DNA from: an uncultured Pelagibacteraceae bacterium
Lineage (GTDB): Bacteria; Pseudomonadota; Alphaproteobacteria; Pelagibacterales; Pelagibacteraceae
DNA length: 64,000 nt
Direction of reading: 5' to 3'
Assembly: GCA_902592675.1 (NCBI GenBank)
Contig: CACJFJ010000005.1
Span: 910 to 64,909 of the forward strand
The position numbers and the translations under genes are program-made. Shown piece after piece: positions 11,068 through 22,064 of this stretch; positions within the stretch are counted from its first letter, which is position 1, and the number at the start of each line of letters is the position of its first letter. A model generated the notes under the pieces. The model saw only the letters and a program-made list of their open reading frames with translations, made no database searches and had not been told where the DNA came from.

Positions 11068-12320
11068 TAGTGTGCAACAGCGGCTGCACCATGTTCATCA
11101 ACTAGATCACCACTTACAAATCTATTTATATTAAAGGCAGCATTTAATTTATGAGGTTCGTCATTTGCAATAGTGTGAGCAAATAAATCCCCTGAGCCAG
11201 GTGTAGCTTTAAAACCTCCTGTTCCCCAGCCACAATTAAAATATAAACCTTTTATAGTTGTTTTGCTAATTATTGGACTTGCATCAGGACATATGTCAAC
11301 TATTCCACCCCACTGACGTAGCATCCTCATTCTACTAAATATTGGATATAACTCTAAAATTGCATTCAAAGTTCCTTCAACGATATCATGACTTCCTTTT
11401 TGAGAGTAAGATACATAATCATCAGTTCCTGCACCAATAACTAATTCTCCTTTATCAGATTGACTTACGTATGCATGAACAGCATTAGACATTACAACAG
11501 TATCAATGATTGGTTTTACTGGTTCAGATACTAAAGCTTGAAGTGGTTTACTTTCCAATGGTAATTTTAATCCAGCCATATTAGCTATCACGCTAGAGTG
11601 ACCCGCAGCAACAACTCCTATTTTTTTAGTTTTAATAAAGCCTTTTGTAGTTTCTATACCTTCAACAATGTCACCATTTCTTTTAATTCCTTTTACCTCA
11701 CAATTTTGGATAATATCTACACCCATTTGATCTGCACCTCTAGCATATCCCCAAGCAACAGCATCATGTCTGGCTGTGCCAGCTCTTTTTTGTAGAGTCC
11801 CACCTAGTACAGGATAACGTATGTTTGGTGAAGTATTTATTATTGGACAAAACTTTTTAACTTGTTCAGTATCTAAATAAACAGCATCAATTCCATTTAA
11901 TCTATTAGCATGTGTCCTTCTCTTTAAATCTCTAACATCTTGTAAATTGTGAGCAAGATTCATTACTCCTCTCTGACTAAACATAACGTTATAATTTAAC
12001 TCTTGTGACAAGTTCTCCCAAATTTTGAGTGCATGATCGTATAGACCAGCGCTTGCATCCCATAAATAATTTGATCTGATGATTGTAGTGTTTCTTCCTG
12101 TATTTCCACCTCCAATCCATCCTTTTTCAACAACAGCTATATTTTTCATATTATGTTTTTTTGCTAAATAATAAGCAGTAGCTAATCCGTGGCCACCACC
12201 ACCAATAATTACCGTATCATATTCTTTTTTTGGTTCAGGATCTTTCCATGCTTTTTCCCAATTTTCATGATATGAGAAAGCGTTTTTAATTAGTGAAAAT
12301 AAAGAGTAATTATTTTTCAT
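11067..12320 (-). CDS. soxB: sarcosine oxidase subunit beta
   Basis: [41 protein letters not shown]. Confidence 0.97.
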   Translation of the reverse strand: MKNNYSLFSLIKNAFSYHENWEKAWKDPEPKKEYDTVIIGGGGHGLATAYYLAKKHNMKNIAVVEKGWIGGGNTGRNTTIIRSNYLWDASAGLYDHALKIWENLSQELNYNVMFSQRGVMNLAHNLQDVRDLKRRTHANRLNGIDAVYLDTEQVKKFCPIINTSPNIRYPVLGGTLQKRAGTARHDAVAWGYARGADQMGVDIIQNCEVKGIKRNGDIVEGIETTKGFIKTKKIGVVAAGHSSVIANMAGLKLPLESKPLQALVSEPVKPIIDTVVMSNAVHAYVSQSDKGELVIGAGTDDYVSYSQKGSHDIVEGTLNAILELYPIFSRMRMLRQWGGIVDICPDASPIISKTTIKGLYFNCGWGTGGFKATPGSGDLFAHTIANDEPHKLNAAFNINRFVSGDLVDEHGAAAVAH

Positions 12321-12384
12321 TATAAGTGAATAATTACTTTATAAATATTGATTATTCAATACAATCAGAAATACCAAATTTCCT

Positions 12385-12476
12385 GGAAGAGTGGGTGAGA
12401 GGCTTAAACCAGTCGTTTGCTAAATGACCGTGCGAGGAAACTTGTACCGAGGGTTCGAATCCCTCCTCTTCCGCCA
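12385..12476 (+). tRNA. tRNA-Ser(GCT)
   Basis: GGAAGAG/CTCTTCC acceptor stem, GCT anticodon loop, long variable arm, GGTTCGAATCC T-arm, encoded CCA. Confidence 0.96.
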
Positions 12477-12480
12477 TATT

Positions 12481-14700
12481 TTAGTACAAGGGCTCATTTT
12501 TAAAGAAGTTTTTCATTGAAATAGGCTTCTGTGCTAAAATGTACCGGTAGACATTATAATTTTCTAATACTCTTTGCACATAATTTCTAGTTTCCTTAAA
12601 TTTTATTAGTTCAATCCAATTAACATAATCGATTTGTTTTTTCTGAGGATTTTTATTTATTTTATTCCAGTATCTTACTCTTTTAGGTCCAGCATTATAG
12701 GCAGCAACTGCAAATGGATATGCACCATCGTATTCAAGAATTAAACCAGCAATATAATGTGATCCTAGATTTATATTATACTCAGCATCCCTTGTTAGCC
12801 TTGATTTTGAATATGGAAGATTAGCTTGTTTAGCAACCAACTTTGCAGTGTAAGGCATTAGTTGCATCAATCCTTTTGCTCCCGCATGACTGTTCGCGCT
12901 TAAGTCAAATTCACTTTCTTGACGTATAATCGATAAAATAAAAGCAGTGTCAGGAATTTTTCTTCCATTAATGTAGTTGGGGGTACTTATGATTGGATAA
13001 TTATATTTATTATGAAATCTTTTTTCATAAGAGGCAATTTTAGCTATCTGAATTGCAAAATCAAACCTATCAATATTAGTTGCTAATTCTGCTGCCAACA
13101 TCTCACTTCCACTTTTGATATCATCATTGGCTAAATGTCTTAGAATATGTTTAGTATATTTATCCTCATTAAGTTCATCTAAAAGAAAAGTTGTTTTAAC
13201 TAATTCTTTTTTAAAAAAATAATCTCGATATTCTTTTGCAACATCTAAATCTTTAGTGAGTTCAAAATCCTTATTAGGATATAATTCCATAAAAGCTAAT
13301 TGACCATAATAAGTTGTTAGATAATTAGCAGCTTCTTCAAACCATTCGTTAGCTAGTTCTTGCTTTCCAAGTTTTTGATAAGTTTTTGCTAACCAATACG
13401 CTCCTCTAGAAGTACTAATCGGATAACCAACATTGTTATAAAATTTTTCAAAATGATCTTTGGCTAATAGAGGGTCATCTAAAAAACTTAAAGCAATCCA
13501 CCCACTCATCCATTCTGCAGCAGCATATTCTGGACCATCAGTTAAAGCGTGATTACTTGAAATTTTGTAAGCTAATTCGTATTTTTTTTTGTAAATTAAT
13601 GATCTAGAAATGATTTCTCTTTCAATCCACCATTTATCTGGTCTTACTAAATAGTCCTTGGAATTAATAACTTTTGTTAATATTTCAACTGAACTATCTA
13701 CTCTACCTCTTTTTCTTCTCCATTTTAATCTATCATAGTTAAGACCAGCATCATTTTTAAATTTTGCAGGCACTTTAGATATAGCATTATCAACTCCATA
13801 AGATCTACTCATTAACAATTGTCTTGCTGTGTATAATAACTCATAATCTTTTGGTAAATATCTTAAGAGTCTTTTTAGGTCCCAATACTTGTTATTCCAT
13901 GCTAAATAATCTGCTCTTTTAATATAATCATCTGCATTAAGAAATTTTTTAAATTTTTTTCGATAAAATCTTAAATCTGATTTACTTAATTCAGCTGTGA
14001 TCCATCCTTCTTTAATAAGAGCACTACCTTTTTGTACATTACCCTCTAAAATTATACTTTCCCCTAAAATCATTTTTCCAAAACCACTTAATGGCTCATT
14101 TGTTCCAAACCATTCAATAATTTTTCTAGGTGAGATAGAGTCTGTTGAAAGTTTATGTTCTGCTAAATATTTTATTCTTCCAATTCTTGGATAGTTTTCA
14201 TTTATATCTATAAAGGTTTTATATTCATAAAATGAGGCTTTATTACCTTTAGTTAAAAGATGTCTCCACTGAACAAACTTATATATGGATTTATCTTTGG
14301 CTTTTTTTGCAGTTTTTAATGCTGTTGGCCATTTTGCTTGTTTCATTTCAGAAATAGCTTTTTTAGCTATCGCAAAATCTTTTTTACTATAATATTTTGA
14401 CTTTTTTGCTGTATCCGTTTTTTTTGTACCTGCAATTAGAGGTTTCTTCTTTGGTAAAATAAATCCTTTAATATTTTCTTTTTTTGATACTATTTTTGTT
14501 TCAGGTTGATTTGTGTCTTTTTTTATTATTTGGTTGGATAATGGTTTGGGTAAGGGTTTTAATATATCAACTAGCAGCTTTTGTTCTTTTTCTTCTTTAG
14601 TCTGAATAGGTTTTTTGAGGGGAACTATGTCAGCTGATAATAAAAAAGTTAAATTAGACAAGATGAGCAAACTGATAAAAAATATGATTTTTTTTTGCAT
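12481..14700 (-). CDS. slt: soluble lytic murein transglycosylase (Slt70-like)
   Basis: IIRQESEF, GAKGLMQLMP, AYNAGP, ETRNYVQRV. Confidence 0.92.
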   Translation of the reverse strand: MQKKIIFFISLLILSNLTFLLSADIVPLKKPIQTKEEKEQKLLVDILKPLPKPLSNQIIKKDTNQPETKIVSKKENIKGFILPKKKPLIAGTKKTDTAKKSKYYSKKDFAIAKKAISEMKQAKWPTALKTAKKAKDKSIYKFVQWRHLLTKGNKASFYEYKTFIDINENYPRIGRIKYLAEHKLSTDSISPRKIIEWFGTNEPLSGFGKMILGESIILEGNVQKGSALIKEGWITAELSKSDLRFYRKKFKKFLNADDYIKRADYLAWNNKYWDLKRLLRYLPKDYELLYTARQLLMSRSYGVDNAISKVPAKFKNDAGLNYDRLKWRRKRGRVDSSVEILTKVINSKDYLVRPDKWWIEREIISRSLIYKKKYELAYKISSNHALTDGPEYAAAEWMSGWIALSFLDDPLLAKDHFEKFYNNVGYPISTSRGAYWLAKTYQKLGKQELANEWFEEAANYLTTYYGQLAFMELYPNKDFELTKDLDVAKEYRDYFFKKELVKTTFLLDELNEDKYTKHILRHLANDDIKSGSEMLAAELATNIDRFDFAIQIAKIASYEKRFHNKYNYPIISTPNYINGRKIPDTAFILSIIRQESEFDLSANSHAGAKGLMQLMPYTAKLVAKQANLPYSKSRLTRDAEYNINLGSHYIAGLILEYDGAYPFAVAAYNAGPKRVRYWNKINKNPQKKQIDYVNWIELIKFKETRNYVQRVLENYNVYRYILAQKPISMKNFFKNEPLY

Positions 14701-14743
14701 AATCTTTTAGTATATGAATCTACAAACTATGTTATAAGTATTT

Positions 14744-15625
14744 ATGTTTAAAGGTTCAAATGTTGCTTTAGTCACCCCATTTAAAAACAATAAACTTGAT
14801 GAAGAAACTTATATCAAGTTAATACATTTTCATATCGAAAACGGCACTAATGGCCTTGTTCCAGCGGGTACAACAGGAGAATCTCCAACTTTAAGTCATG
14901 ATGAACATGAAAAAGTCATAGAGCTTTGTGTTAGAGAAAGTAAAGGAAAACTACCAGTCTTTGCAGGCACAGGATCTAACTCAACTGAAGAAGCAATTTC
15001 TTTAACTTCTCATGCTGAAAAAATAGGAGCTAATGGAGCATTAATAGTTACGCCTTATTATAACAAGCCTACTCAAGAAGGTTTGTATCAGCACTATAAG
15101 GCAATAAATGATAAGTGTGGAATTCCAATTATAATTTATAATATTCCAGGTAGATCCGTTATTGACATGTCCGTTGAGACTATGGCAAGACTTTTTGAAT
15201 TAAAAAATATCATTGGAGTTAAGGATGCTACTGGAGATTTAGATAGAGTAAATCAAACTTTAAACAAATTGGGTAAAGATTTTCTTCAATTGACAGGAAA
15301 TGATGATAATGCGCTTGAATTTAATATGAGGGGAGGGTCAGGATCTATAAGTGTTACAGCAAATATTGCACCTAAACTTTGCTCAGATTTTCAAAAATTT
15401 TCTAAATCTAAAAATGATAATGAATTAACGCAAGCTAAAAAATTAAATGAGATTTTACAACCTCTGCATCATGCTATGTTTGTTGAAAGTAACCCCAGCC
15501 CAGTAAAATATGCTGCAAAGTTACTTAAACTTTGTGATGATGATGTCAGGTTGCCGTTAGTAAAGGTCACAGAACCTACAAAAGAAATTATTAAAAAAGC
15601 TCTTAGCTCTGCGAAATTGATTTAA
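14744..15625 (+). CDS. dapA: 4-hydroxy-tetrahydrodipicolinate synthase
   Basis: [29 protein letters not shown]. Confidence 0.97.
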   Translation: MFKGSNVALVTPFKNNKLDEETYIKLIHFHIENGTNGLVPAGTTGESPTLSHDEHEKVIELCVRESKGKLPVFAGTGSNSTEEAISLTSHAEKIGANGALIVTPYYNKPTQEGLYQHYKAINDKCGIPIIIYNIPGRSVIDMSVETMARLFELKNIIGVKDATGDLDRVNQTLNKLGKDFLQLTGNDDNALEFNMRGGSGSISVTANIAPKLCSDFQKFSKSKNDNELTQAKKLNEILQPLHHAMFVESNPSPVKYAAKLLKLCDDDVRLPLVKVTEPTKEIIKKALSSAKLI

Positions 15626-16095
15626 TGAACAAAAAAACCAATCATGGTTTAAAAATAATTTGTTTAAATAGAAAAGCTAGTTTTAATTATTTTTTTGAAG
15701 ATATTTTAGAGGCTGGCATAGTGTTGAAAGGTTCTGAAATAAAATCAATTAGAGATGGTAAAGTAAATATTGCAGATTCATATGCAATTGAAAAAAAAGG
15801 TGAAATTGTATTAATTAATTCTCACATCGCTTCTTATAAAGAAGCAAGTTACTCAAATCATAATCCAATAGGGGAAAGAAAATTATTATTGAATAAACGA
15901 GAAATCGTTAAGCTTATTGGAAAAATGCAAAGAGAGGGTTTTACTATTGTTCCAACTAAAATGTATTTTAAAAAAGGAAAGGCGAAAGTTGAGTTGGCTG
16001 TAGCTAAAGGAAAAAAACAATTTGATAAGCGAACTGTTAAAAAAAATAGAGATTGGAATCGTGATAAAGCAAGATACATTAGAAAATCAAGCTAA
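15625..16095 (+). CDS. smpB: SsrA-binding protein
   Basis: [41 protein letters not shown]. Confidence 0.97.
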   Translation: MNKKTNHGLKIICLNRKASFNYFFEDILEAGIVLKGSEIKSIRDGKVNIADSYAIEKKGEIVLINSHIASYKEASYSNHNPIGERKLLLNKREIVKLIGKMQREGFTIVPTKMYFKKGKAKVELAVAKGKKQFDKRTVKKNRDWNRDKARYIRKSS

Positions 16096-16573
16096 GAGTA
16101 TATATTTAGGCATTGGTTCTAATTTGGGTAATAGAATTAAGAATATAGAAAAAGCAAAGTATAAATTATTTCAAAATCAAATAAATATAGTTAGATCCTC
16201 TAATTATTATGAAAGTCTATCATGGCCAAATATAAAAAAACCAAAATTTTTAAATATTGTATTGGAAATTGAAACAAATTTATCCGAACTAAACCTTCTA
16301 AATAAATGTTTAATGATAGAAAAACAACTTGGAAGAAAAAGATCTCTTAAAAATGCACCTAGAGTATGTGATATTGATATTATTGACTTTCGAAAAAAAA
16401 ATTTAAAAAAAAAGTTAATTTTGCCGCATCCTAGAATGCATAAAAGAAATTTTGTTTTAATACCTTTATTTGAACTAAATAAAGACTGGAAACACCCAGT
16501 TTTAAAAGAAAATATTAAAACTTTAATTCTATCTTTGCCAAATAAAGACATAAGAACTATTAAACAATTATAA
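16061..16573 (+). CDS. folK: 2-amino-4-hydroxy-6-hydroxymethyldihydropteridine diphosphokinase (start uncertain; GTG at 16061 preferred)
   Basis: [39 protein letters not shown]. Confidence 0.92.
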   Translation: MIKQDTLENQAKSIYLGIGSNLGNRIKNIEKAKYKLFQNQINIVRSSNYYESLSWPNIKKPKFLNIVLEIETNLSELNLLNKCLMIEKQLGRKRSLKNAPRVCDIDIIDFRKKNLKKKLILPHPRMHKRNFVLIPLFELNKDWKHPVLKENIKTLILSLPNKDIRTIKQL

Positions 16574-16592
16574 TTTCATGATATAATAAAGA

Positions 16593-18338
16593 ATGCTCAA
16601 TTCTGAAGACCTCATCAATAAAGTAAAGATTTATAATAAGTTTCTTAATCCAGAAAAATTGAATAAGGCATACAATTTTGCCGTAAAAGCTCACGGTAAT
16701 CAAAAAAGAGCATCCGGAGATCCTTATTCTGTTCATCCAATAGAAGTGGCAAATATATTAACAGACTTGAAATTAGATAGTGCAACAATTACCACTGGTT
16801 TGTTGCATGATACTATTGAGGATACTTTTGCTACCTACGATACAATCAAAGGCGAATTCGGAAATGAAGTAGCAGATTTAGTTGATGGTGTTACAAAAAT
16901 ATCAGTTTTAGAAAACACTGCTTCATCTAGCTCTAAAGCTGAAAATTTCAGAAAACTAATTTTAGCAACTTCAAAAGACATAAGAGTTTTATTAGTTAAA
17001 ATTGCAGATCGATTACACAATATGAGAACTTTAAAAGCTATTAATAAAGTAGAGAAGAGAAAAAGAATAGCTCAAGAGACAATGGAGATCTATGCTCCAC
17101 TTGCAGATAGAATGGGTATGCACAGAATTCGTGATGAGTTAGAAGATCTATCTTTTGAAATATTAAACAATGAAGCTAGATCTTTAATTCAATTAAGACT
17201 TGATGAAATTAAACAAGATAGAAAAAATATATTTGAAAATATTTCAAATGAACTAAAATTTTTGTTAGAAAAAAAAGATATAAGATTACAAATTTTTGGC
17301 AGAGAAAAAACTCCTTTTTCAATATGGAGAAAAGTCCAAAAAAAAAGAGTTTCACTTGAACAAATTACTGACATTATTGGTTTCAGGATAATTTTACATG
17401 ATATAGACGATTGTTATAAATCTTTGGGTATATTACATAAAGAATACAATTGTATCCCTGGTAAATTTAAAGATTATATTTCTTCCCCTAAAATAAATGG
17501 ATATAAGTCAATCCATACATCAGTTATAGGACCAAATAAAAAACCGATTGAGGTTCAAATAAGAACTAAACAAATGCATGAGTTTGCAGAAAGAGGTATA
17601 GCTTCTCACTGGCAATATAAATCTTCTGAAAAATTTAATTCACTGACATGGAAAGAGTATGATTGGTTAAAAGATTTAGTTGAAATTATTGAAAAAAACG
17701 AAAATCCTGAACATTCTTATGAATATACAAAACTTCAAATGTTTCAAGAAAACGTATTTTGTTTTACACCAAAAGGGTCAGTAATTAAATTACCAAAAGA
17801 CGCAACTCCAATAGATTTTGCTTATGCTGTTCATACAAAAATAGGAGATACTGCAATAGGGTGCGAAATTAATGGAAATAAAAGTGAACTTCAATCAATC
17901 CTCCACAATGGCGATAGAGTTAATATTATCACATCAAAAAATCAATCACCATCTTTACATTGGATACCTACTACCAAAACTGGAAAAGCCAGAGCCGCAA
18001 TAAGAAGATATTGGCACGATAGGGGTGAAAAAAAACAAGAGAGAATAAAAAAATATAATACCACTTTATGGATTTCATTACCGGATAAACCTGGCCAACT
18101 TGGAAATGTGAGTTCCTTAATTGGTGAACACAAATTAAACATTTCAAATTTAGAAATGGCTGGCAAAAACCCTAATTATATAAATTTTAGGTTTCAATTA
18201 ATAATTAGAGACCTTAAAAACTTTACTAATTTTATTGCAGAGCTCAAACAAAAAGGTATAAAATTTAAGATAATTAGACACGAAGATAAAAGAAATGCAT
18301 TCACCCAAAAAATCCTTAAATATTTTAAAAAAAACTAA
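16593..18338 (+). CDS. spoT: bifunctional (p)ppGpp synthetase/hydrolase, shortened form
   Basis: HD motif LHDTIEDT, KIADRLHNMRT, YKSIHT, EVQIRT, TGS domain (FTPKG...DFAYAVHT), C-terminal ACT domain. Confidence 0.95.
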   Translation: MLNSEDLINKVKIYNKFLNPEKLNKAYNFAVKAHGNQKRASGDPYSVHPIEVANILTDLKLDSATITTGLLHDTIEDTFATYDTIKGEFGNEVADLVDGVTKISVLENTASSSSKAENFRKLILATSKDIRVLLVKIADRLHNMRTLKAINKVEKRKRIAQETMEIYAPLADRMGMHRIRDELEDLSFEILNNEARSLIQLRLDEIKQDRKNIFENISNELKFLLEKKDIRLQIFGREKTPFSIWRKVQKKRVSLEQITDIIGFRIILHDIDDCYKSLGILHKEYNCIPGKFKDYISSPKINGYKSIHTSVIGPNKKPIEVQIRTKQMHEFAERGIASHWQYKSSEKFNSLTWKEYDWLKDLVEIIEKNENPEHSYEYTKLQMFQENVFCFTPKGSVIKLPKDATPIDFAYAVHTKIGDTAIGCEINGNKSELQSILHNGDRVNIITSKNQSPSLHWIPTTKTGKARAAIRRYWHDRGEKKQERIKKYNTTLWISLPDKPGQLGNVSSLIGEHKLNISNLEMAGKNPNYINFRFQLIIRDLKNFTNFIAELKQKGIKFKIIRHEDKRNAFTQKILKYFKKN

Positions 18339-18879
18339 TGCTTTATTAGAGGGACATTTCATTTTATCCTCAGGTTTACACTCATCTAGATATATTCAAT
18401 GTGCGAAACTTTTAAGTTACCCTCATCTTGCAAAAGATATATGTAAGTCACTTGCCTTCAAGATTAAAAAAAAATTTAAAAAAATAGATTTAATTTTAGC
18501 TCCTGCAATGGGAGGGATCATCATTGGCTATGAAATAGGAAGAATACTAAAAAAAGAAACAATATTTTGTGAGAGAGTAAATGGTAAATTTGTTTTAAGA
18601 AGGGGATTTAATATAAAAAAAGGACAAAGAGTTTTAATAATAGAAGATGTCATTACCACAGGAAAATCAAGTTTAGAGTGTGTAAGACTAATTAAAAAAT
18701 CAAAAGCAAAATTATTGGGTTTTGCATCAATAATTGATAGATCTACAAAAAAAAATTTAAAGATTAAAAAAAAAATCATATCACATTTAAAGATAGATGT
18801 ACCAACATATAAAAAAGATAGATTGCCAAAAAATTTAGCTTCTATAAAAATAACAACACCTGGAAGTAGATTTATTTAG
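18295..18879 (+). CDS. pyrE: orotate phosphoribosyltransferase
   Basis: GHFILSSGLHS, IIEDVITTGKS PRPP motif. Confidence 0.95.
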   Translation: MHSPKKSLNILKKTNALLEGHFILSSGLHSSRYIQCAKLLSYPHLAKDICKSLAFKIKKKFKKIDLILAPAMGGIIIGYEIGRILKKETIFCERVNGKFVLRRGFNIKKGQRVLIIEDVITTGKSSLECVRLIKKSKAKLLGFASIIDRSTKKNLKIKKKIISHLKIDVPTYKKDRLPKNLASIKITTPGSRFI

Positions 18880-19598
18880 TGAAGAGATTAGGTGTAAACA
18901 TTGATCATATAGCAACTATAAGAAATGCTCGAGGTGAATTTCATCCAGACCCTTTATATGCTGCTAAATATGTAATGAATAATGGTGCTGATTCAATTAC
19001 TATTCATTTGAGAGAAGATAGAAGACATATAAAAGATTTGGATGCTAAAAGAATATGTATTCTTAAAAACATTCCTGTAAATCTGGAAATTTCAACCAAT
19101 AATGAAATAGTAAAAACCGCTCTAAGGATTAAACCTAGCTTTGTTTGTATTGTTCCAGAAAATAGAAAAGAAGTCACAACAGAAGGAGGTTTGGATCTTA
19201 TAAGAAATAAAAAAAGAATTAATCAAATAATTAAAAAGTTTAAAAATAAAAAAATTAGAACAAGTTTATTTATTAACCCATCGATAAAAGATATTAAAAT
19301 ATCAAAACAATTAAATACAGATTGTATTGAGATTCATACTGGATACTTGTCAAACTTAGTAAAATCAAAAAAAAAATATTTGAATGAACTAAATAAAATA
19401 AAGAAATGTGCTCGATTAGCAAATAAACTTGGAATAGAAGTTCATGCTGGACATGGTCTAGATTATAAAACAACTAAAATTTTATCAAAAATTAATGAAA
19501 TAAAAGAATTTAATATAGGACATTTTTTAATTGGTGAATCTATTTTTTTTGGATTACCTAAAGTCATTAAAAAATTTAAGAAAATAGTAAATAGATAA
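18879..19598 (+). CDS. pdxJ: pyridoxine 5'-phosphate synthase
   Basis: LGVNIDHIATIRNAR, HLREDRRHI, HAGHGL, NIGH. Confidence 0.97.
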   Translation: MKRLGVNIDHIATIRNARGEFHPDPLYAAKYVMNNGADSITIHLREDRRHIKDLDAKRICILKNIPVNLEISTNNEIVKTALRIKPSFVCIVPENRKEVTTEGGLDLIRNKKRINQIIKKFKNKKIRTSLFINPSIKDIKISKQLNTDCIEIHTGYLSNLVKSKKKYLNELNKIKKCARLANKLGIEVHAGHGLDYKTTKILSKINEIKEFNIGHFLIGESIFFGLPKVIKKFKKIVNR

Positions 19599-19985
19599 AT
19601 GAAAATTCTAGGCATAGGCGTTGATATTGTTGATAATAAAAGACTAAAATTATTGATTAGAAATAGAACTTTTATCAATAGAATTTATAGTAAAAAAGAA
19701 AAATCAAATTCAAAAAAATTTTTAAATAAGTTAAACTATTTTTCAAAGAGGTTTGCAGCAAAAGAAGCTTTTGCTAAATGTCTCGGTACTGGGTTTAGAA
19801 AAAAATTAAATTTTAAAGATATTGAAATATTAAATAATCCTATAGGTAAGCCATTTTATTCAAAATCAAAAAAAATTGATAAATTGATATTTAAAAGATT
19901 TAATATAAAAAAATACTCCTTATTTCTGTCAATTACAGATGAAAAAAATTACTCAATTGCTTTTACAATTTTGCAAACAAAATGA
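19599..19985 (+). CDS. acpS: holo-ACP synthase
   Basis: GIGVDIV, RFAAKEAFAKCLGTG. Confidence 0.95.
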   Translation: MKILGIGVDIVDNKRLKLLIRNRTFINRIYSKKEKSNSKKFLNKLNYFSKRFAAKEAFAKCLGTGFRKKLNFKDIEILNNPIGKPFYSKSKKIDKLIFKRFNIKKYSLFLSITDEKNYSIAFTILQTK

Positions 19986-20719
19986 TTTTTAATAAGAATT
20001 TTTTAATTGATAACCTTAAAACCCTTTTTTATGCTCTTATAATTGCAGTCATAATACGATCCTTGTTTATTCAACCTTTTTATATCCCTTCATCTTCAAT
20101 GGAACCAAACCTTCTTGTGGGTGATAGACTCTTTGTTACTAAATATTCTTATGGATATAGTAACCACTCATTTCCTTTCAGTCCGCCTTTTTTTAAAGGG
20201 CGCATATTCCAAAGTACACCTAATAGAGGGGATGTAATAGTCTTTAAAACACCTGCTGATAACAGAACAGATTATATAAAAAGATTAATTGGTTTGCCCG
20301 GTGACAAAATACAATTTATCGATTCAAATTTATTCTTAAATAACAGTGAAGTACTCAAATCAAGAATTTCAAATAAAGATGTTATATATTGTGGTCAAAA
20401 AACTATTGAAGTTTTTACTTTTGAGGAACTTTTACCTAGCGGAAAAAAATTTTATACTGTCTATTTAAAAGATTTTTCATTTCAAAATTCTGATATCTTT
20501 AAGGTTCCTGATGATCATTATTTCTTTTTAGGTGATAATAGAGACTGCTCAAAAGACAGCAGATTTTTAACCAGCGTAGGTTATGTGCATCAAGATAATT
20601 TAGTTGGAAAAGCTCAATTTATTTTTTTTTCATCAGACAGATCAGAGGGTAGCATTTTTTCATTTTGGAAATGGAATAAATCAATTAGATTTGATCGTTT
20701 TTTTAAAAAAATTAAATGA
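19982..20719 (+). CDS. lepB: signal peptidase I
   Basis: IPSSSMEPNL, YIKRLIGLPGD, GDNRDCSKDSR. Confidence 0.96.
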   Translation: MIFNKNFLIDNLKTLFYALIIAVIIRSLFIQPFYIPSSSMEPNLLVGDRLFVTKYSYGYSNHSFPFSPPFFKGRIFQSTPNRGDVIVFKTPADNRTDYIKRLIGLPGDKIQFIDSNLFLNNSEVLKSRISNKDVIYCGQKTIEVFTFEELLPSGKKFYTVYLKDFSFQNSDIFKVPDDHYFFLGDNRDCSKDSRFLTSVGYVHQDNLVGKAQFIFFSSDRSEGSIFSFWKWNKSIRFDRFFKKIK

Positions 20720-21387
20720 TGAAAATAAACTACAGAGAATTAGAGAAAAAAATACAAGTAAATTTTAAAAATAAGAATCTATTAATTAGATCTTTAACGC
20801 ATAAAAGCTTTAATAGAGAAAAAAATAATGAAAAAATTGAATTTTTAGGTGATAGGGTATTAGGTTTAATTATTGCAAAAAAATTATTAGAAATATACCC
20901 TAATGAAAAAGAAGGTGTCTTAGATAAAAAATTTGCATCATTGGTTAATAAAAAAACTTGTCTGGATATAGCAAAAAAATTAGAACTACAAAAATATATA
21001 CTTACTTTAAATTCTGGAAATAAAAAAAATACTATCGAAGATAAAGTCTTATCTGATAGTTGTGAGGCATTGATTGGATCAATCTATTTAGAAAAAGGGC
21101 TCAATACAACAGAAAAAGTAATTTTAAATTTATGGTCATCACAAATTCAAAATAGTGTTGTGACCCAAATTGATGCTAAAACAAAATTACAAGAATTTTC
21201 TTTAAAGAAATTTAAAAGACTTCCTATATACAAGTTGATTTCGAATACTGGACCAAGGCATAAGCCGCTTTTTAAAATTGGTGTTAAATTACTAGATACG
21301 AAATATTTTATTTCAGAAGGAAAATCAAAAAAAGATGCTGAGCAAAATGCAGCTTTTTTGTGCTTACAAAGTATTAAAAAAATATGA
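20716..21387 (+). CDS. rnc: ribonuclease III
   Basis: NEKIEFLGDRVL, DSCEALIG, C-terminal dsRBD. Confidence 0.96.
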   Translation: MMKINYRELEKKIQVNFKNKNLLIRSLTHKSFNREKNNEKIEFLGDRVLGLIIAKKLLEIYPNEKEGVLDKKFASLVNKKTCLDIAKKLELQKYILTLNSGNKKNTIEDKVLSDSCEALIGSIYLEKGLNTTEKVILNLWSSQIQNSVVTQIDAKTKLQEFSLKKFKRLPIYKLISNTGPRHKPLFKIGVKLLDTKYFISEGKSKKDAEQNAAFLCLQSIKKI

Positions 21388-22064
21388 TTTGGGATGATAT
21401 TGGATTTTTGTTATCAAAAAACAAATATAATGAAAATTCTTTGATAGTTGAAGTTTTTACTAAAAAACATGGAAAAGTCTCTGGAATAATATTTGGTGGA
21501 ACATCTAAAAAAATAAGAAATTATCTTCAAATTGGAAATTTAATCTATGTAAATTTTAATTCTAAATCAGAAAATAAAATAGGTTTTTTTAAAACTGAAA
21601 TACAAAAAGCTTATTCTCCTCTATATTTTGATAATTCAAAAAAATTATCTTGTCTCTCTTCTGCAATGAATTTAGTAAAAATTTTAACTGCAGACTCGCA
21701 AAGTAACAAAAATATATATGAACACCTTGAGAAATTTTATATTTTGTTAGAGTCAGATAATTGGATCAAGAACTATATCTTTTGGGAGTTGAAATTGCTT
21801 AAAATTTTAGGTTATGATTTAGAGCTTAAAAAACTTGTAAATGAAAAAATTATTGGTGATAAAAAAATTTATGTTCCAAAATCAATTTCTGAAATAAAAG
21901 TTGTTCCTAATTTTTTGATAGAAGATAATAATAATGATGAGAATTTGTTGAATCTTTTAGCTGGTTTAAAATTAGTAGGTAATTATCTTGAAAAAACTAT
22001 ATTAAAACCCAATAATCTTAATTTACCCCAAAGTAGAGTCTTATTTATAAATAGTCTTCAATAA
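21384..22064 (+). CDS. recO: DNA repair protein RecO
   Basis: N-terminal OB fold (MIWDDIGFLL...FTKKHGK), WELKLLKILGY; position after rnc. Confidence 0.85.
   Translation: MIWDDIGFLLSKNKYNENSLIVEVFTKKHGKVSGIIFGGTSKKIRNYLQIGNLIYVNFNSKSENKIGFFKTEIQKAYSPLYFDNSKKLSCLSSAMNLVKILTADSQSNKNIYEHLEKFYILLESDNWIKNYIFWELKLLKILGYDLELKKLVNEKIIGDKKIYVPKSISEIKVVPNFLIEDNNNDENLLNLLAGLKLVGNYLEKTILKPNNLNLPQSRVLFINSLQ

Noticed and set aside
15330-15337. GGGGAGGG KOPS-like octamer pointing toward the putative dif-like site
   Set aside because: A single occurrence inside dapA is not evidence; a genome-wide skew count is needed.
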